A stretch of DNA of 64,000 nucleotides, taken from assembly GCA_965218425.1 (NCBI GenBank), contig OZ244621.1, positions 1 to 64,000 on the forward strand, written 5' to 3'. A program made the translations under genes and the position numbers. Below are positions 49,069 through 58,180 of this stretch, in pieces (position 1 is the stretch's first letter; every line of letters starts with the position of its first letter). The stretch comes from an uncultured Candidatus Binatia bacterium. GTDB taxonomy: Bacteria > Desulfobacterota > Binatia > UBA9968 > CAXXLF01. The notes below the pieces were generated by a model that was given only the letters and a program-made list of their open reading frames with translations, searched no databases and had not been told where the DNA came from.

Positions 49069-49356
49069 TCAGGTGGAAAAGTCCGGGTAACCCAAAGGGG
49101 CCACTTTGGCGCGGTATTCCGCCATCAATTCGGCACGGTCCCCAGGCCGCAAGCGGCTCACAAAACCATTGAGCAAGAATGGATGCACGCCGGCGGCGTA
49201 AAGCGTCGGGTAGTCGATTCGGATCAAGGCGTCTCGTTCCTCAGCGCTTAAGCCTTGTTTTTCCACAAAGGCGCCGGGGTCCTCCTTGAAGGCGCGGAAT
49301 GATTCCGGGTCTTGAATGATCTGCCTCATTACTTTGTTCACCTGGTACCTATTCAC
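49069..49356 (-). CDS. LigA-like small subunit of an extradiol dioxygenase
   Basis: FKEDPGAF...LSAEERDAL...LYAAGVHP; GTGA overlap with the LigB-like stop. Confidence 0.65.
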   Translation of the reverse strand: MNRYQVNKVMRQIIQDPESFRAFKEDPGAFVEKQGLSAEERDALIRIDYPTLYAAGVHPFLLNGFVSRLRPGDRAELMAEYRAKVAPLGYPDFST

Positions 49357-50210
49357 GGTGTCTTTCCTCCATCCATTTCCCAGTCCATATAATGCATGGC
49401 TGCCGTGACCTTTGGAAAGTCCAACCCTGTCGCCGTGGGTTTGGCTCCCCCGGCGATGCCCATCAGTAAGATATAGTTTAGAAAACCCGGTGTTACATTG
49501 CCCGCTTTGATCAGGCGTTCGTAGCTTGCCTCCTGAATAACGGTTTCGGCGTCGCCGGCGGAGATCAAGTTCATCATTCGGCGGTCGAACTCGACATCGG
49601 AGGAATAGTCCGAGGTTTTGGGCCCCCCGATCTCCACCGCGAGGTGTCCGCTGGAAAGGACCCCCACTCGGGTGCCGTTGGGCAAGGCCTCAATAGCCTC
49701 TCGAACCCGCCGCCCCACATCGAAAAAACGCTGGGAAGACGGTAGCGGCGGCGCCATGACGTTGGTCCAAATGGGAACGATGGGAAGATCCATCTCGGGA
49801 CGTACGAAGTTCAGCGGAACGGTGAAGGCGTGATCCATAAGGCATTCGTCGGAAAACGCAAAGTCCACCCCCAGTCGAGAACCTTCGCGGATAATACCTT
49901 TGGCCGCGTCGGTATCGATCTTAGCGCGGTACGGAGCAAGACCGAAGGCACGTATTTCCCCCGGGGCGGGCCCTTCGGTGGTTGGGGCTTTGCCCACCAG
50001 GAATGCAGGCATGTTATCCATAAACCACTGGTTCAGGTGGTCGCTTGCGACTACGATTAAAACGTCAGGGTTGGCCTGGGCCATTTTTTGTCGCATCCAA
50101 TCGTAGTCCTTGGCGGTCTGGACAATGACAGGGTCGGGATTGGGAGATTTTATGAGCGCCGGTAGAAAGGGATTGTGAGTGATGCCGATGATCTCTACGA
50201 GCTTGGCCAT
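49353..50210 (-). CDS. LigB-family (class III) extradiol ring-cleavage dioxygenase, atypical active site
   Basis: THNP, PDVLIVVASDH, DHAFTVPL, PIVPI, SGHLAVEIGGP. Confidence 0.8.
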   Translation of the reverse strand: MAKLVEIIGITHNPFLPALIKSPNPDPVIVQTAKDYDWMRQKMAQANPDVLIVVASDHLNQWFMDNMPAFLVGKAPTTEGPAPGEIRAFGLAPYRAKIDTDAAKGIIREGSRLGVDFAFSDECLMDHAFTVPLNFVRPEMDLPIVPIWTNVMAPPLPSSQRFFDVGRRVREAIEALPNGTRVGVLSSGHLAVEIGGPKTSDYSSDVEFDRRMMNLISAGDAETVIQEASYERLIKAGNVTPGFLNYILLMGIAGGAKPTATGLDFPKVTAAMHYMDWEMDGGKTP

Positions 50211-50293
50211 GAAAATCCTCCTAAATGGACCAAATAGCGGACCTGATATATCCGAGGCGGCTTAATTTTGTCAACAACACCAATTGACGAAGC

Positions 50294-51451
50294 TCAGTTT
50301 TGACTGCCCATTTGGTGGGACAGGGTGATCTCTCGACCTTCCCTCGATGACCTGAGTATTGCGAGCAGCACTTCTAGAGTCGCCTTGCCCCATTTCCCGT
50401 CTGTGGACACGTGGGTCCTACCGTTTACTGCGTTGAAGAGGTTCAAGAGCTCCGTCCCTCGATCCAAGTAGGGAGTGCAGTGTACTGCTTGTCGTCCCTT
50501 ATCCGTATAGAGGAAAAGACCTTCGGGGGATTGTCTGATGTCTCCGCCTTCGCAGCTTACCAGAGTCAGACCAAAGAAAGGTTGAAACGCTTCTTTTCCT
50601 TTTTTTCTCAATTCCGACCTGCGTGGCATGGCGTACCGTTCGGAGGGGTCAAGCGGTCCGGTGGGGACTTTCTCGTTAGCGGCTCGCTTTGAAACTTTAG
50701 TGCCGCTCTCTCCGATACCCCATGTCATCTCCGTCATGTCGAAAAAACCATAGCCGTTAAAAATTAGGGTGGCTGGAGTTCCGTCCTCGAATTCCAATAG
50801 AGCGGTAAAGTTCCCTTCGGTATCGAAATGGCGGTTCCACTTGCCCGCGATACCGCGTACCTTTGTAACCCGACCTCCTCCAATGTGGCGAACGATATCA
50901 ACCTGGTGCGATCCCTGGCGGAAGACCACTCCCCCGCCCTTCGTGGTATCCACCTCGGAGGGTAACCGGGCGCTTCGAAGCCACCCCTTGTAGTTCCATG
51001 TGTTGACTTGAATCAATCGACCCAAGCGGCCGGAGGAAATGATCTCCCCTATCTTGCCAACCGGGGGATCGTTGGCCTTCGAATGTACCAATAACGTTAC
51101 CTTGTTATTTTCCGAAGCCTCAATCATGCGGTCACATTCCTGGAGGGTTACGGCCATGGGCTTTTCACAGATCATGTGTTTCCCATGATTGGCCGCCACA
51201 ACGGCATGCTCAGCGTGAAACTCATTGGGTGTTGCGATCCAAACTGCGTCCACCTCTTGGCATTGGCATAATTCCGCCACTGATTCAAAAGTTCGGACTC
51301 GTTTATACTGCGGTGGAAGGGAATCCAAAGCCGCCTTTCTTGTATCGGCAATGGCCGCGAGTTCGACCCCCGCCACCTTCTGGAAATAGGGCAAAACCTG
51401 GTGCCCTGCGTTACCGAGACCGGCAATTCCGAACCTCAACGAGCCCCCCAT
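50294..51451 (-). CDS. Gfo/Idh/MocA oxidoreductase, phthalate cis-dihydrodiol dehydrogenase-like
   Basis: GIAGLG, CEKPMA, GGGVVFRQGSHQVDIVR, FNGYGFFD, DGKWGKATLEV. Confidence 0.75.
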   Translation of the reverse strand: MGGSLRFGIAGLGNAGHQVLPYFQKVAGVELAAIADTRKAALDSLPPQYKRVRTFESVAELCQCQEVDAVWIATPNEFHAEHAVVAANHGKHMICEKPMAVTLQECDRMIEASENNKVTLLVHSKANDPPVGKIGEIISSGRLGRLIQVNTWNYKGWLRSARLPSEVDTTKGGGVVFRQGSHQVDIVRHIGGGRVTKVRGIAGKWNRHFDTEGNFTALLEFEDGTPATLIFNGYGFFDMTEMTWGIGESGTKVSKRAANEKVPTGPLDPSERYAMPRRSELRKKGKEAFQPFFGLTLVSCEGGDIRQSPEGLFLYTDKGRQAVHCTPYLDRGTELLNLFNAVNGRTHVSTDGKWGKATLEVLLAILRSSREGREITLSHQMGSQN

Positions 51452-52578
51452 ACCTCTCGCCTGGTGTCGGTTACCGTGGAAAAACTAATCACATCGTTCT
51501 GTTTGGAATTTCGAATCACTCCTAGGGGGTCTTTCCCCTTTTTTACTTTCTCTATTTCCTTCTTGAGTAGCTTGCGAAGCACGATAATCCCTTTGTCTGC
51601 GGTGGCCAAATGCTCCTTGGTTCGGTCGAAGATTGCCCCTGCTGTCTCCCACGCCATGTAGTCCTGCATCCATACCCGACTCATGTCGTACACACCTTCG
51701 GAGTTCTTGTGATGGGCAGCGTATTCAACCGGCGGGTTTTCCAGCTGCTCGCTGCTTGCCCTGTCTTCCGATTCGAAGAAATAGACCTCATAGAATCGCG
51801 TATGGGCGTCATCCACGGGAACTCGATACTGGATATAGTGTTCACGGCCATGATGCTGCCGGAGAATGTTTGGAAAGACCAAAGGGTGGGCGTTTAACAG
51901 TTCCAACTTTCCACTATCGTTGGATGCAAATCTCTTTTTCATGATTCCGTACTCAAATACCTCGAATTCGTGTTTCGCAATGGGTTTACTGCCGTCACCA
52001 TGCACAGGTCTACCACCGCCCTGGCCGTGGAGATAATGCACATGTGTGGGGTCCACAGAGTTCTCCATGGGTTGCATCCAGTTACAGTCCAATTGAGGAA
52101 GCACTAGAATCTTTCGCTGTCCGTCTGTTCTTACCAATACATCAAACCGTGGCAGCAAGGGAACAGGCTTTGGCCCCATGTAGGTATAGAGGAGGCCTGC
52201 CAGTTTAGCCACGGGATAGGCACGGTGTTTGATTCGATTTTTATAGGTGCTCTCTGGTGGCTCCGCCGGTTGTTCAACGCACCTGCCTTCTCTACTATAG
52301 AGCCAGCCATGGTAAGGGCAGCGGATGTTTGGACCTTCAACCCTTCCGTAGGCCAGGGACGTGCCCCGGTGCGGGCATTGCTCACCCACCAGACCGTAGC
52401 CATGGTCATCCCCGCCGTAGAGCACCAGGTCTTCACCCAGGAGCCGGATCCGTTTGATGGGAGTATCCTTCAACTCTGCCGCCACCCCAACCGGGTGCCA
52501 GTAACGGCGCAGAAACTGACCAGCCGGAGTCCCCGGGCCCACACGAGTCAATATCTGATTTTCTTTTTGACTCAGCAT
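51436..52578 (-). CDS. Rieske non-heme iron oxygenase alpha subunit (phthalate dioxygenase / LigXa-like)
   Basis: RVGPGTP..LRRYWHP, CPH...CPYH, ENSVDPTHVHYLH, QDYMAW. Confidence 0.88.
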   Translation of the reverse strand: MLSQKENQILTRVGPGTPAGQFLRRYWHPVGVAAELKDTPIKRIRLLGEDLVLYGGDDHGYGLVGEQCPHRGTSLAYGRVEGPNIRCPYHGWLYSREGRCVEQPAEPPESTYKNRIKHRAYPVAKLAGLLYTYMGPKPVPLLPRFDVLVRTDGQRKILVLPQLDCNWMQPMENSVDPTHVHYLHGQGGGRPVHGDGSKPIAKHEFEVFEYGIMKKRFASNDSGKLELLNAHPLVFPNILRQHHGREHYIQYRVPVDDAHTRFYEVYFFESEDRASSEQLENPPVEYAAHHKNSEGVYDMSRVWMQDYMAWETAGAIFDRTKEHLATADKGIIVLRKLLKKEIEKVKKGKDPLGVIRNSKQNDVISFSTVTDTRREVWGAR

Positions 52579-52759
52579 AACCGTTCTCTCTGAAAGAAGT
52601 CAGTAAGACCCACCATGGCCATTTGATAGGGACTGCAACGTGAACCGTGAGAATCCGCACAAATCAAAAATTTAGATTCTTCAAGTCATGGATAATGGGA
52701 CTCGGCAGCCCAATGTAGGCAACCGCCCTGTGGACCCAAAGGTGAATAGAGGGGAGCCT

Positions 52760-53401
52760 TTAAAGTTTCAACCCAATGATTTCAAGGGTGGATTTGCCCT
52801 CGGCGAGTTCCTTTTTATACTGATCCTCTTTGTCTTCTCGCTGTTGCGAAGCTTCAATGGCCTGGGAGATCTCTCCCCGTGGAATCACCACCATCCCATC
52901 GCTGTCACCCACCAGGAGATCCCCCGGGTGGATCACCACGTCCCCAATTTTGAGTGGGGAATTGATGATCCCTTTTTCGTTTTTAATGGTTCCGTGAATG
53001 GCCAGCCCCCGTGAGAATACGGGGAATCCCATTTCTTCAATTAGATCTCGATCACGGACGCATCCATCGATAACCAGTCCTCCAATCCCCCGTTGCTGGG
53101 CCGCAAAGGTCATAATCTCTCCCCAATAGCCTCCCTCATAACCCCCGCCGACACTGACCACAAGAATGTCGCCGGGTTTTGCAAGATAAATGGCTCTATG
53201 AATCCCCAGATTGTCCATGGGAGGACAGCTCACGGTGAGCGCAGGACCGCACAGGGGCATGTTTGGGGCGATGGGTTTAATATCGTGGGGAAGCGCTCCC
53301 TTTCTCCCCATGGCCTCGTGAAAGGTGGCGGAAGGAAAAGAAGCCGCGCGTTTGATGAGGGCGGTGTCCGGACGGGTAAAATCTGCGTTGGTTTCAGCCA
53401 T
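52760..53401 (-). CDS. HMG/CHA aldolase, LigK-like (RraA family)
   Basis: SATFHEA, DNLGIH, GYWGEIM, DGCVRD, GDSDG. Confidence 0.8.
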   Translation of the reverse strand: MAETNADFTRPDTALIKRAASFPSATFHEAMGRKGALPHDIKPIAPNMPLCGPALTVSCPPMDNLGIHRAIYLAKPGDILVVSVGGGYEGGYWGEIMTFAAQQRGIGGLVIDGCVRDRDLIEEMGFPVFSRGLAIHGTIKNEKGIINSPLKIGDVVIHPGDLLVGDSDGMVVIPRGEISQAIEASQQREDKEDQYKKELAEGKSTLEIIGLKL

Positions 53402-53418
53402 GGAAAATCCTTTTAGCC

Positions 53419-54069
53419 TTAAGACGAACGGCTCTGGAGTTGATGGTAACCGTATTTCTTACGGGCCTCGTCCAGGCGTGTTCCTTTTAATGTCTCGCTG
53501 AGTAGATTGTGTTCTGCTTCGGAAATGGATTGCGCTACCGCAAGGACTTCTTCCTCTCGTTCTTTCGGGACCACCACGACTCCATCGTCGCTGCCCAGGA
53601 CAACATCTCCTTGGCAGACCTGTACGTCACCCAGGGAGACGGGGATGTTCATTCCATCCACCTGAACCCGGTCTTTCCCCGTACGCATAAATTTGCCGCG
53701 GCTAAAAATCGGATAGTGAAGTTCTAAACTCCTGGCGACATCGCGGCAGACGCCGTTGATGACCGTTCCCGCAACTCCCCGCTCGTGTGCGACGGAAGTC
53801 AGGATGTCCCCCCAAACCGTACAGTCAATACGGCCGGCGTTGTCAAGGACAACCACGTCACCGGGAGGCACATCATCGATGTAATCGCCCACGGTTCCTT
53901 TGACCACTCCAACGGGAATATACTTCAGGGTGAAGGCCCGTCCCGCCATGCGGCTTCCCATTGCCAGGGGCGAGATCCCGAGACATGTGCCATGCATTCC
54001 CAAACGATCCATGGCATCCGAAACCGCTGCAACCGACAGCCCCTTAAAGGCCTCAATCCGAGCATCCAT
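53419..54069 (-). CDS. RraA/HMG aldolase family protein
   Basis: VSDAMD, VWGDIL, NGVCRD, SDDG. Confidence 0.82.
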   Translation of the reverse strand: MDARIEAFKGLSVAAVSDAMDRLGMHGTCLGISPLAMGSRMAGRAFTLKYIPVGVVKGTVGDYIDDVPPGDVVVLDNAGRIDCTVWGDILTSVAHERGVAGTVINGVCRDVARSLELHYPIFSRGKFMRTGKDRVQVDGMNIPVSLGDVQVCQGDVVLGSDDGVVVVPKEREEEVLAVAQSISEAEHNLLSETLKGTRLDEARKKYGYHQLQSRSS

Positions 54070-54084
54070 GTTTGATCATCCTCC

Positions 54085-54744
54085 TTATTTCTTTAGCATC
54101 GATTCATACCCAAGGTCGGCCATGACTTCAACCACCGGCCGACCCGCTCGAATCCCTTCAGCCATGCGGGCTTCGGTGGCAAGCAGGGCTTCGGCTTGGG
54201 TCAGGACCTCTTCTTCTTTATCACGTGGAATAATAACAACCCCGCTGTGATCGGCTATGACGAGATCTCCCGGATGGACCTGCACCTCGCCGAAGGCGAT
54301 CTCCTCGTTGAAGGACTTCTGCATCACCCGGCCCCTGGCCGTACAGGGTACCGCAGCCCGGGCAAAGACCGGAAATCCCGCGTCTCGGGAATCGTCAACG
54401 TCCCGGCAGGCCCCATCGATAACCACGCCGCTCAGACCCTTGACCTTGGAGGCCAGGGAAAGAAGGCCGCCCCAAACGGAAACATCAGGTCGCCCAGCGT
54501 TATCAATGACGATCACATCACCTGCATTGGCGGCATCTATGGCCGGTGTCCCGATATGCTGGGTGGATTTATCCAAACCGGCCGGTTTGATTTTAACGGT
54601 GACGGCACGGCCGACGATCCGCGAACAGGGCCATACAGGACGAATTCCAATGGTTGCCCCCTTTAACCCCAATCGATCCAGCGCGTCTGAAACGCCGCAG
54701 GTGTCGAGTTTCGCCAAACGTGCGACTTGAGAATCTTGAGCCAT
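54085..54744 (-). CDS. RraA/HMG aldolase family protein
   Basis: VSDALD, VWGGLL, DGACRD, ADHSG. Confidence 0.82.
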   Translation of the reverse strand: MAQDSQVARLAKLDTCGVSDALDRLGLKGATIGIRPVWPCSRIVGRAVTVKIKPAGLDKSTQHIGTPAIDAANAGDVIVIDNAGRPDVSVWGGLLSLASKVKGLSGVVIDGACRDVDDSRDAGFPVFARAAVPCTARGRVMQKSFNEEIAFGEVQVHPGDLVIADHSGVVIIPRDKEEEVLTQAEALLATEARMAEGIRAGRPVVEVMADLGYESMLKK

Positions 54745-54860
54745 GAGTCTTTCTCCCCTTTGGTTTAGTCCTGTCACTTAAAGCATAACCAAGGATTCTT
54801 GACAAGGCGTAGGACCGGTGGTAAGCACGCGAATTATCACGACTACGAGGAGGAATTGGA

Positions 54861-55655
54861 ATGGTCCAGGTCCCGGAGCTCCGCGCCGGAGTCAAGATGT
54901 TATCCAACGACGCCAAAGCCTATGTGGATCATCTTTATTCCACAATGTACGCGCACTGGCAGGAAAAGATACCCAACAGCCCATTCATGACCCAGCTATG
55001 TGAGGGAAAACTGCCCATGCCCGTCATTCGTCAGTTTTTCAAAAACTGGGGCCACTTCTCCCTCGATGTCAATGCATTGAATGCGCTCTCTTATCACACC
55101 CACCTTCCCTTCTTCATTCAACACTTCGATCTGTTTGGACCGTTCTGCGGAAAGATTGCCGATGAGCTCATCTCACCCAAGCCTCCAGGGCACGTGCTTG
55201 TCTTGATTCAAACCGCGGAAGCGATGGGCCTGAGTAAAAAAGAAGTGTTAGAGGAACCCTATTTACCCGAGGCCCGGGCTCTCAATGACTTTACTCACAA
55301 GGTTTTTTTTGACGGCTCCCTTGTGGAGCTGTGGGGCATGCATGTGTTTGAGGAATCCCTGGCCCACTGGTCCGGCACCTGGTTCACGGCGCTTACCACT
55401 AAATACAATTTTACCAGGGAACAGGCGGTTTATTTCTCTACTCACGAGGAAGCCGATCTAGCACCCCATGCCCTCGGCCAGGGCGGCCATGAGGCCATGG
55501 GTCATGGAACATTCAACCGTGCGGTTCTCCAGCGCGCCCTGGAGACTGGACATGTGGAGTTCAAGGCAGGTTATTCTCTGGAGTACTGTGCTCTGACCAT
55601 GGTGGACCTTCATGCCCAGATGAAACGCGCAGCCATGGAGAACCCCTACCCCTAA
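54861..55655 (+). CDS. Heme-oxygenase-like diiron oxidase (PqqC/CADD/TenA fold)
   Basis: ADE...GH, FEE and YFSTHEEAD...H ligand pattern; GAGGAGG RBS. Confidence 0.7.
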   Translation: MVQVPELRAGVKMLSNDAKAYVDHLYSTMYAHWQEKIPNSPFMTQLCEGKLPMPVIRQFFKNWGHFSLDVNALNALSYHTHLPFFIQHFDLFGPFCGKIADELISPKPPGHVLVLIQTAEAMGLSKKEVLEEPYLPEARALNDFTHKVFFDGSLVELWGMHVFEESLAHWSGTWFTALTTKYNFTREQAVYFSTHEEADLAPHALGQGGHEAMGHGTFNRAVLQRALETGHVEFKAGYSLEYCALTMVDLHAQMKRAAMENPYP

Positions 55656-56389
55656 GGCGCTTTACGCCTTGGAGCAGTGGACAGTCGAGAAGTAGAGAGG
55701 CGCTTATTCCTCATCATAGCTCTACTCAAAATTTTTATCCTGATAGGCCTCAGCAGGCATGAGGGTCTTTAGTCCCCTCTTTGCCAGTTCCCCTTCAAAT
55801 GTTTCTCTGATCCATGGATCTTCATCCGGATATTCGATCTGGTCCCTCGCCCTGTCCTGCACCTTTTCGCTGTAAGCATTCAGGCCCCTTGGCGAGTGAA
55901 AGGCCAGGTATCTAGACGGAAGGCCGCTGACATTGAAGTGTTGGTGAAACCACCGGTCGGGAGGCACGAACACGCTGGCCTCATGCCACGGAATCACGAC
56001 TCTTTCCTTACCCTCCGGCCACATGACAGAGAAGCCCTCCCCGTCGGGAATGACGATCACCACTCCGGGCCCATGCCTGTGGGCCTTTTTGTAGGTTCGA
56101 GACGGGAAAATCGACATATGGCTCCACAGGGGTGAGCTGGGAAATCGTATCCAGACAGCGCGCCCCCCGGCTCCCCTTCCTCTGAAAGGCACCAGTTGGT
56201 CCCAGGCTTTCATGTCCGGGAAAAAATTACCATACCAGAAGGCGCCGCCACCGCCGGGGGAAGCCGGTCTTCCGCCCGCCCGGGTGGCATCTTTTGATTG
56301 CCTGACGAGCTGTGCCTGTGAATAGAATTCACCCCCGTGACCGTACACGACATCAAGGTCTGACCTGCCCCCAGGAGTGGTACCACCCT

Positions 56390-57295
56390 TTAAGTTAGAG
56401 CCGGAATTATCTGGAGTCCAGCCCATGGGGATGAATTCCCAGCCTGCGCTCTGGGCAGAAAGGCCTCCGGTGCCGGAGAACGATAGCCCAGGGCGCTGTG
56501 AGGCCGCCGCTGGTTATACTCTCTTCTCCATCTTTCGATCAGCACCTGAGCTTCCCTCAGGGTTTCAAACACCTCCCGGTTGAGCAGCTCATCCCTGAGT
56601 TTTCCGTTAAAACTCTCCACGTAGCCATTCTCCCAAGGACTGCCAGGCTCGATGTAGAGTGTCCTGACACCAATGGCCTTGAGCCAGTCCCGGATAGCCT
56701 GAGCCGTAAACTCGGGGCCATTGTCGGACCGAAGGGACTGCGGCACGCCCCGTTCCACGAATAGCTCCGCTAACCGTTCCAGCACATCCCGGTGATTCAT
56801 CCGTCTGGCCACATCAATCGCCAAGCACTCCCGGGTGTATTCATCCAGGATGCTCAACAGCCGAAAGGCCCGACCGTCTTCGGTTCGCTCGTGCACGAAG
56901 TCATAACTCCACACATGGTTTCGATGCGCCGGTCTCAGGCGAATGCAGGAGCCATCAGTCAACCGGAGCCTCCCTCGCTTAGGCTGACGGCTGAGGACTT
57001 TCAGCCCTTCCTGCCTCCAGAGCCTCTCCACTCGCTTGTGGTTGACCTTCCACCCCTCCCCACGCAGCATGGCCGTAATCCTCCGGTAGCCGTATCGCCC
57101 GTATTCGCTGGCCAGCTCCATCATCCGAGCCACTAGTCTTGCTTCCTCTTCCGGGATCTCTCGGACTCTTCGTTGCGTCGATCGCGGCTGTCCCAACACT
57201 TGGCAAGCCCGGCGTTCGGAGACTCGATCAGGTCCCAATCTTTCTCTGGCCCATATCACCGCTCGTCTCCTCTTCGCCGGGCCTAGAAGTTTCCC
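56390..57295 (-). CDS. IS3 transposase OrfB (DDE)
   Basis: Translation identical to copy 1 OrfB. Confidence 0.9.
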   Translation of the reverse strand, partial: GKLLGPAKRRRAVIWARERLGPDRVSERRACQVLGQPRSTQRRVREIPEEEARLVARMMELASEYGRYGYRRITAMLRGEGWKVNHKRVERLWRQEGLKVLSRQPKRGRLRLTDGSCIRLRPAHRNHVWSYDFVHERTEDGRAFRLLSILDEYTRECLAIDVARRMNHRDVLERLAELFVERGVPQSLRSDNGPEFTAQAIRDWLKAIGVRTLYIEPGSPWENGYVESFNGKLRDELLNREVFETLREAQVLIERWRREYNQRRPHSALGYRSPAPEAFLPRAQAGNSSPWAGLQIIPALT

Positions 57296-57561
57296 GAGGA
57301 CACTTCCTTCAGGATCTGGTTGTCCAGCGATAGATCCGCCACCAGCTTCTTCAACCGCGCATTCTCCTTGTCCAAGGCCTTGAGCCTCTTGGCCTGATCC
57401 ATCTTCAGGCCTCCATATTCCTTCCTCCACCGGTAGTAGGTCTGCACGGTTACCCCCACCTGCTTGCACACCTGGCCCACCGCCTTCCCTTGGGCCAAGC
57501 TCACCTCCGCCTCACGCAGCTTGAGGATAATCTGCTCGGCCGTAAATCGCTTTCTTGCCAT
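57283..57561 (-). CDS. IS3 transposase OrfA
   Basis: Translation identical to 4751-5029. Confidence 0.9.
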   Translation of the reverse strand: MARKRFTAEQIILKLREAEVSLAQGKAVGQVCKQVGVTVQTYYRWRKEYGGLKMDQAKRLKALDKENARLKKLVADLSLDNQILKEVSSGNF

Positions 57562-58180
57562 CCTTGCCTCCTTCCTAAAATCAAAATCCCTAACATTTCA
57601 CCTGGACTCGTTTTAGGGGGCAAGGTCAGGTCCACATAAGGGTTGTCGAAATAGAACCTCACGTCGGGCACGATGGACATTGAAATGGGGAGGTAATTGT
57701 AATGCAGCAACCGTACCGGCTTGTCGCCCCGCATGTTACTCAACGGGTGGCTGTAATTACGAGGAACTAAAAACCTGCTGTGTTTTTGCCACTCGAAAGT
57801 CTTTTTAGTCTTTTCTTCTCCTCCCCACAGGGTGGTTAGGCCGCGTCCCTCCACGACGTACACGATCTCGTCCAAGGTAAACTTTAGCGGAGGTAGAGTT
57901 CTTCCGGGTGCGATTTCTGACACGCGGGCCTCACTGACCCCTTCCTGGCCCGCAAGCTTTAGAAAGGCTGCACGACACTCCCTTTCGGGCCACTCTCCCA
58001 GCTCCAGGGTCCTCAAATCTTCAAGGTAATACCCTTTATGGATTGGAATTCCCGTGGACTCGATCCATTCATCGTAGGCAGAAGTGCGCCTCAAAAACTT
58101 GCCGCCGCATTATCGGTTATTACCTCTGTAACACTAGGAGCTGCGGCCATACCGTCCTTTTTCCGTGTCCCGAATAACCG

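Larger units (their letters stand above)
56361..57628 (-). mobile_element. IS3-family insertion sequence, copy 2
   Basis: Same ends and identical ORF translations as copy 1 (offset 52532); target duplication GGTC at 56357-56360 and 57629-57632. Confidence 0.95.
55704..58150 (-). pseudogene. Bicupin protein disrupted by IS3 copy 2
   Basis: Removing the IS and one GGTC copy rejoins ...FDNPYVD-LDVVYG...; cupin motifs EIVYVVEGRG and YKKAHRHG...WFHQHFN; also an apparent 5' frameshift and a TAG at 55722-55724. Confidence 0.8.

Noticed and set aside
41371..55724. Genome-wide TAG recoding
   Set aside because: TAG is the normal stop of intact genes here (thrB, nuoB, thiI, the RavA-like gene), so the in-frame TAGs are more simply nonsense mutations
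3829..57628. A composite transposon that moved as one unit
   Set aside because: The outer flanks differ (CATG versus GGTC) and each copy has its own duplication, so the insertions were independent
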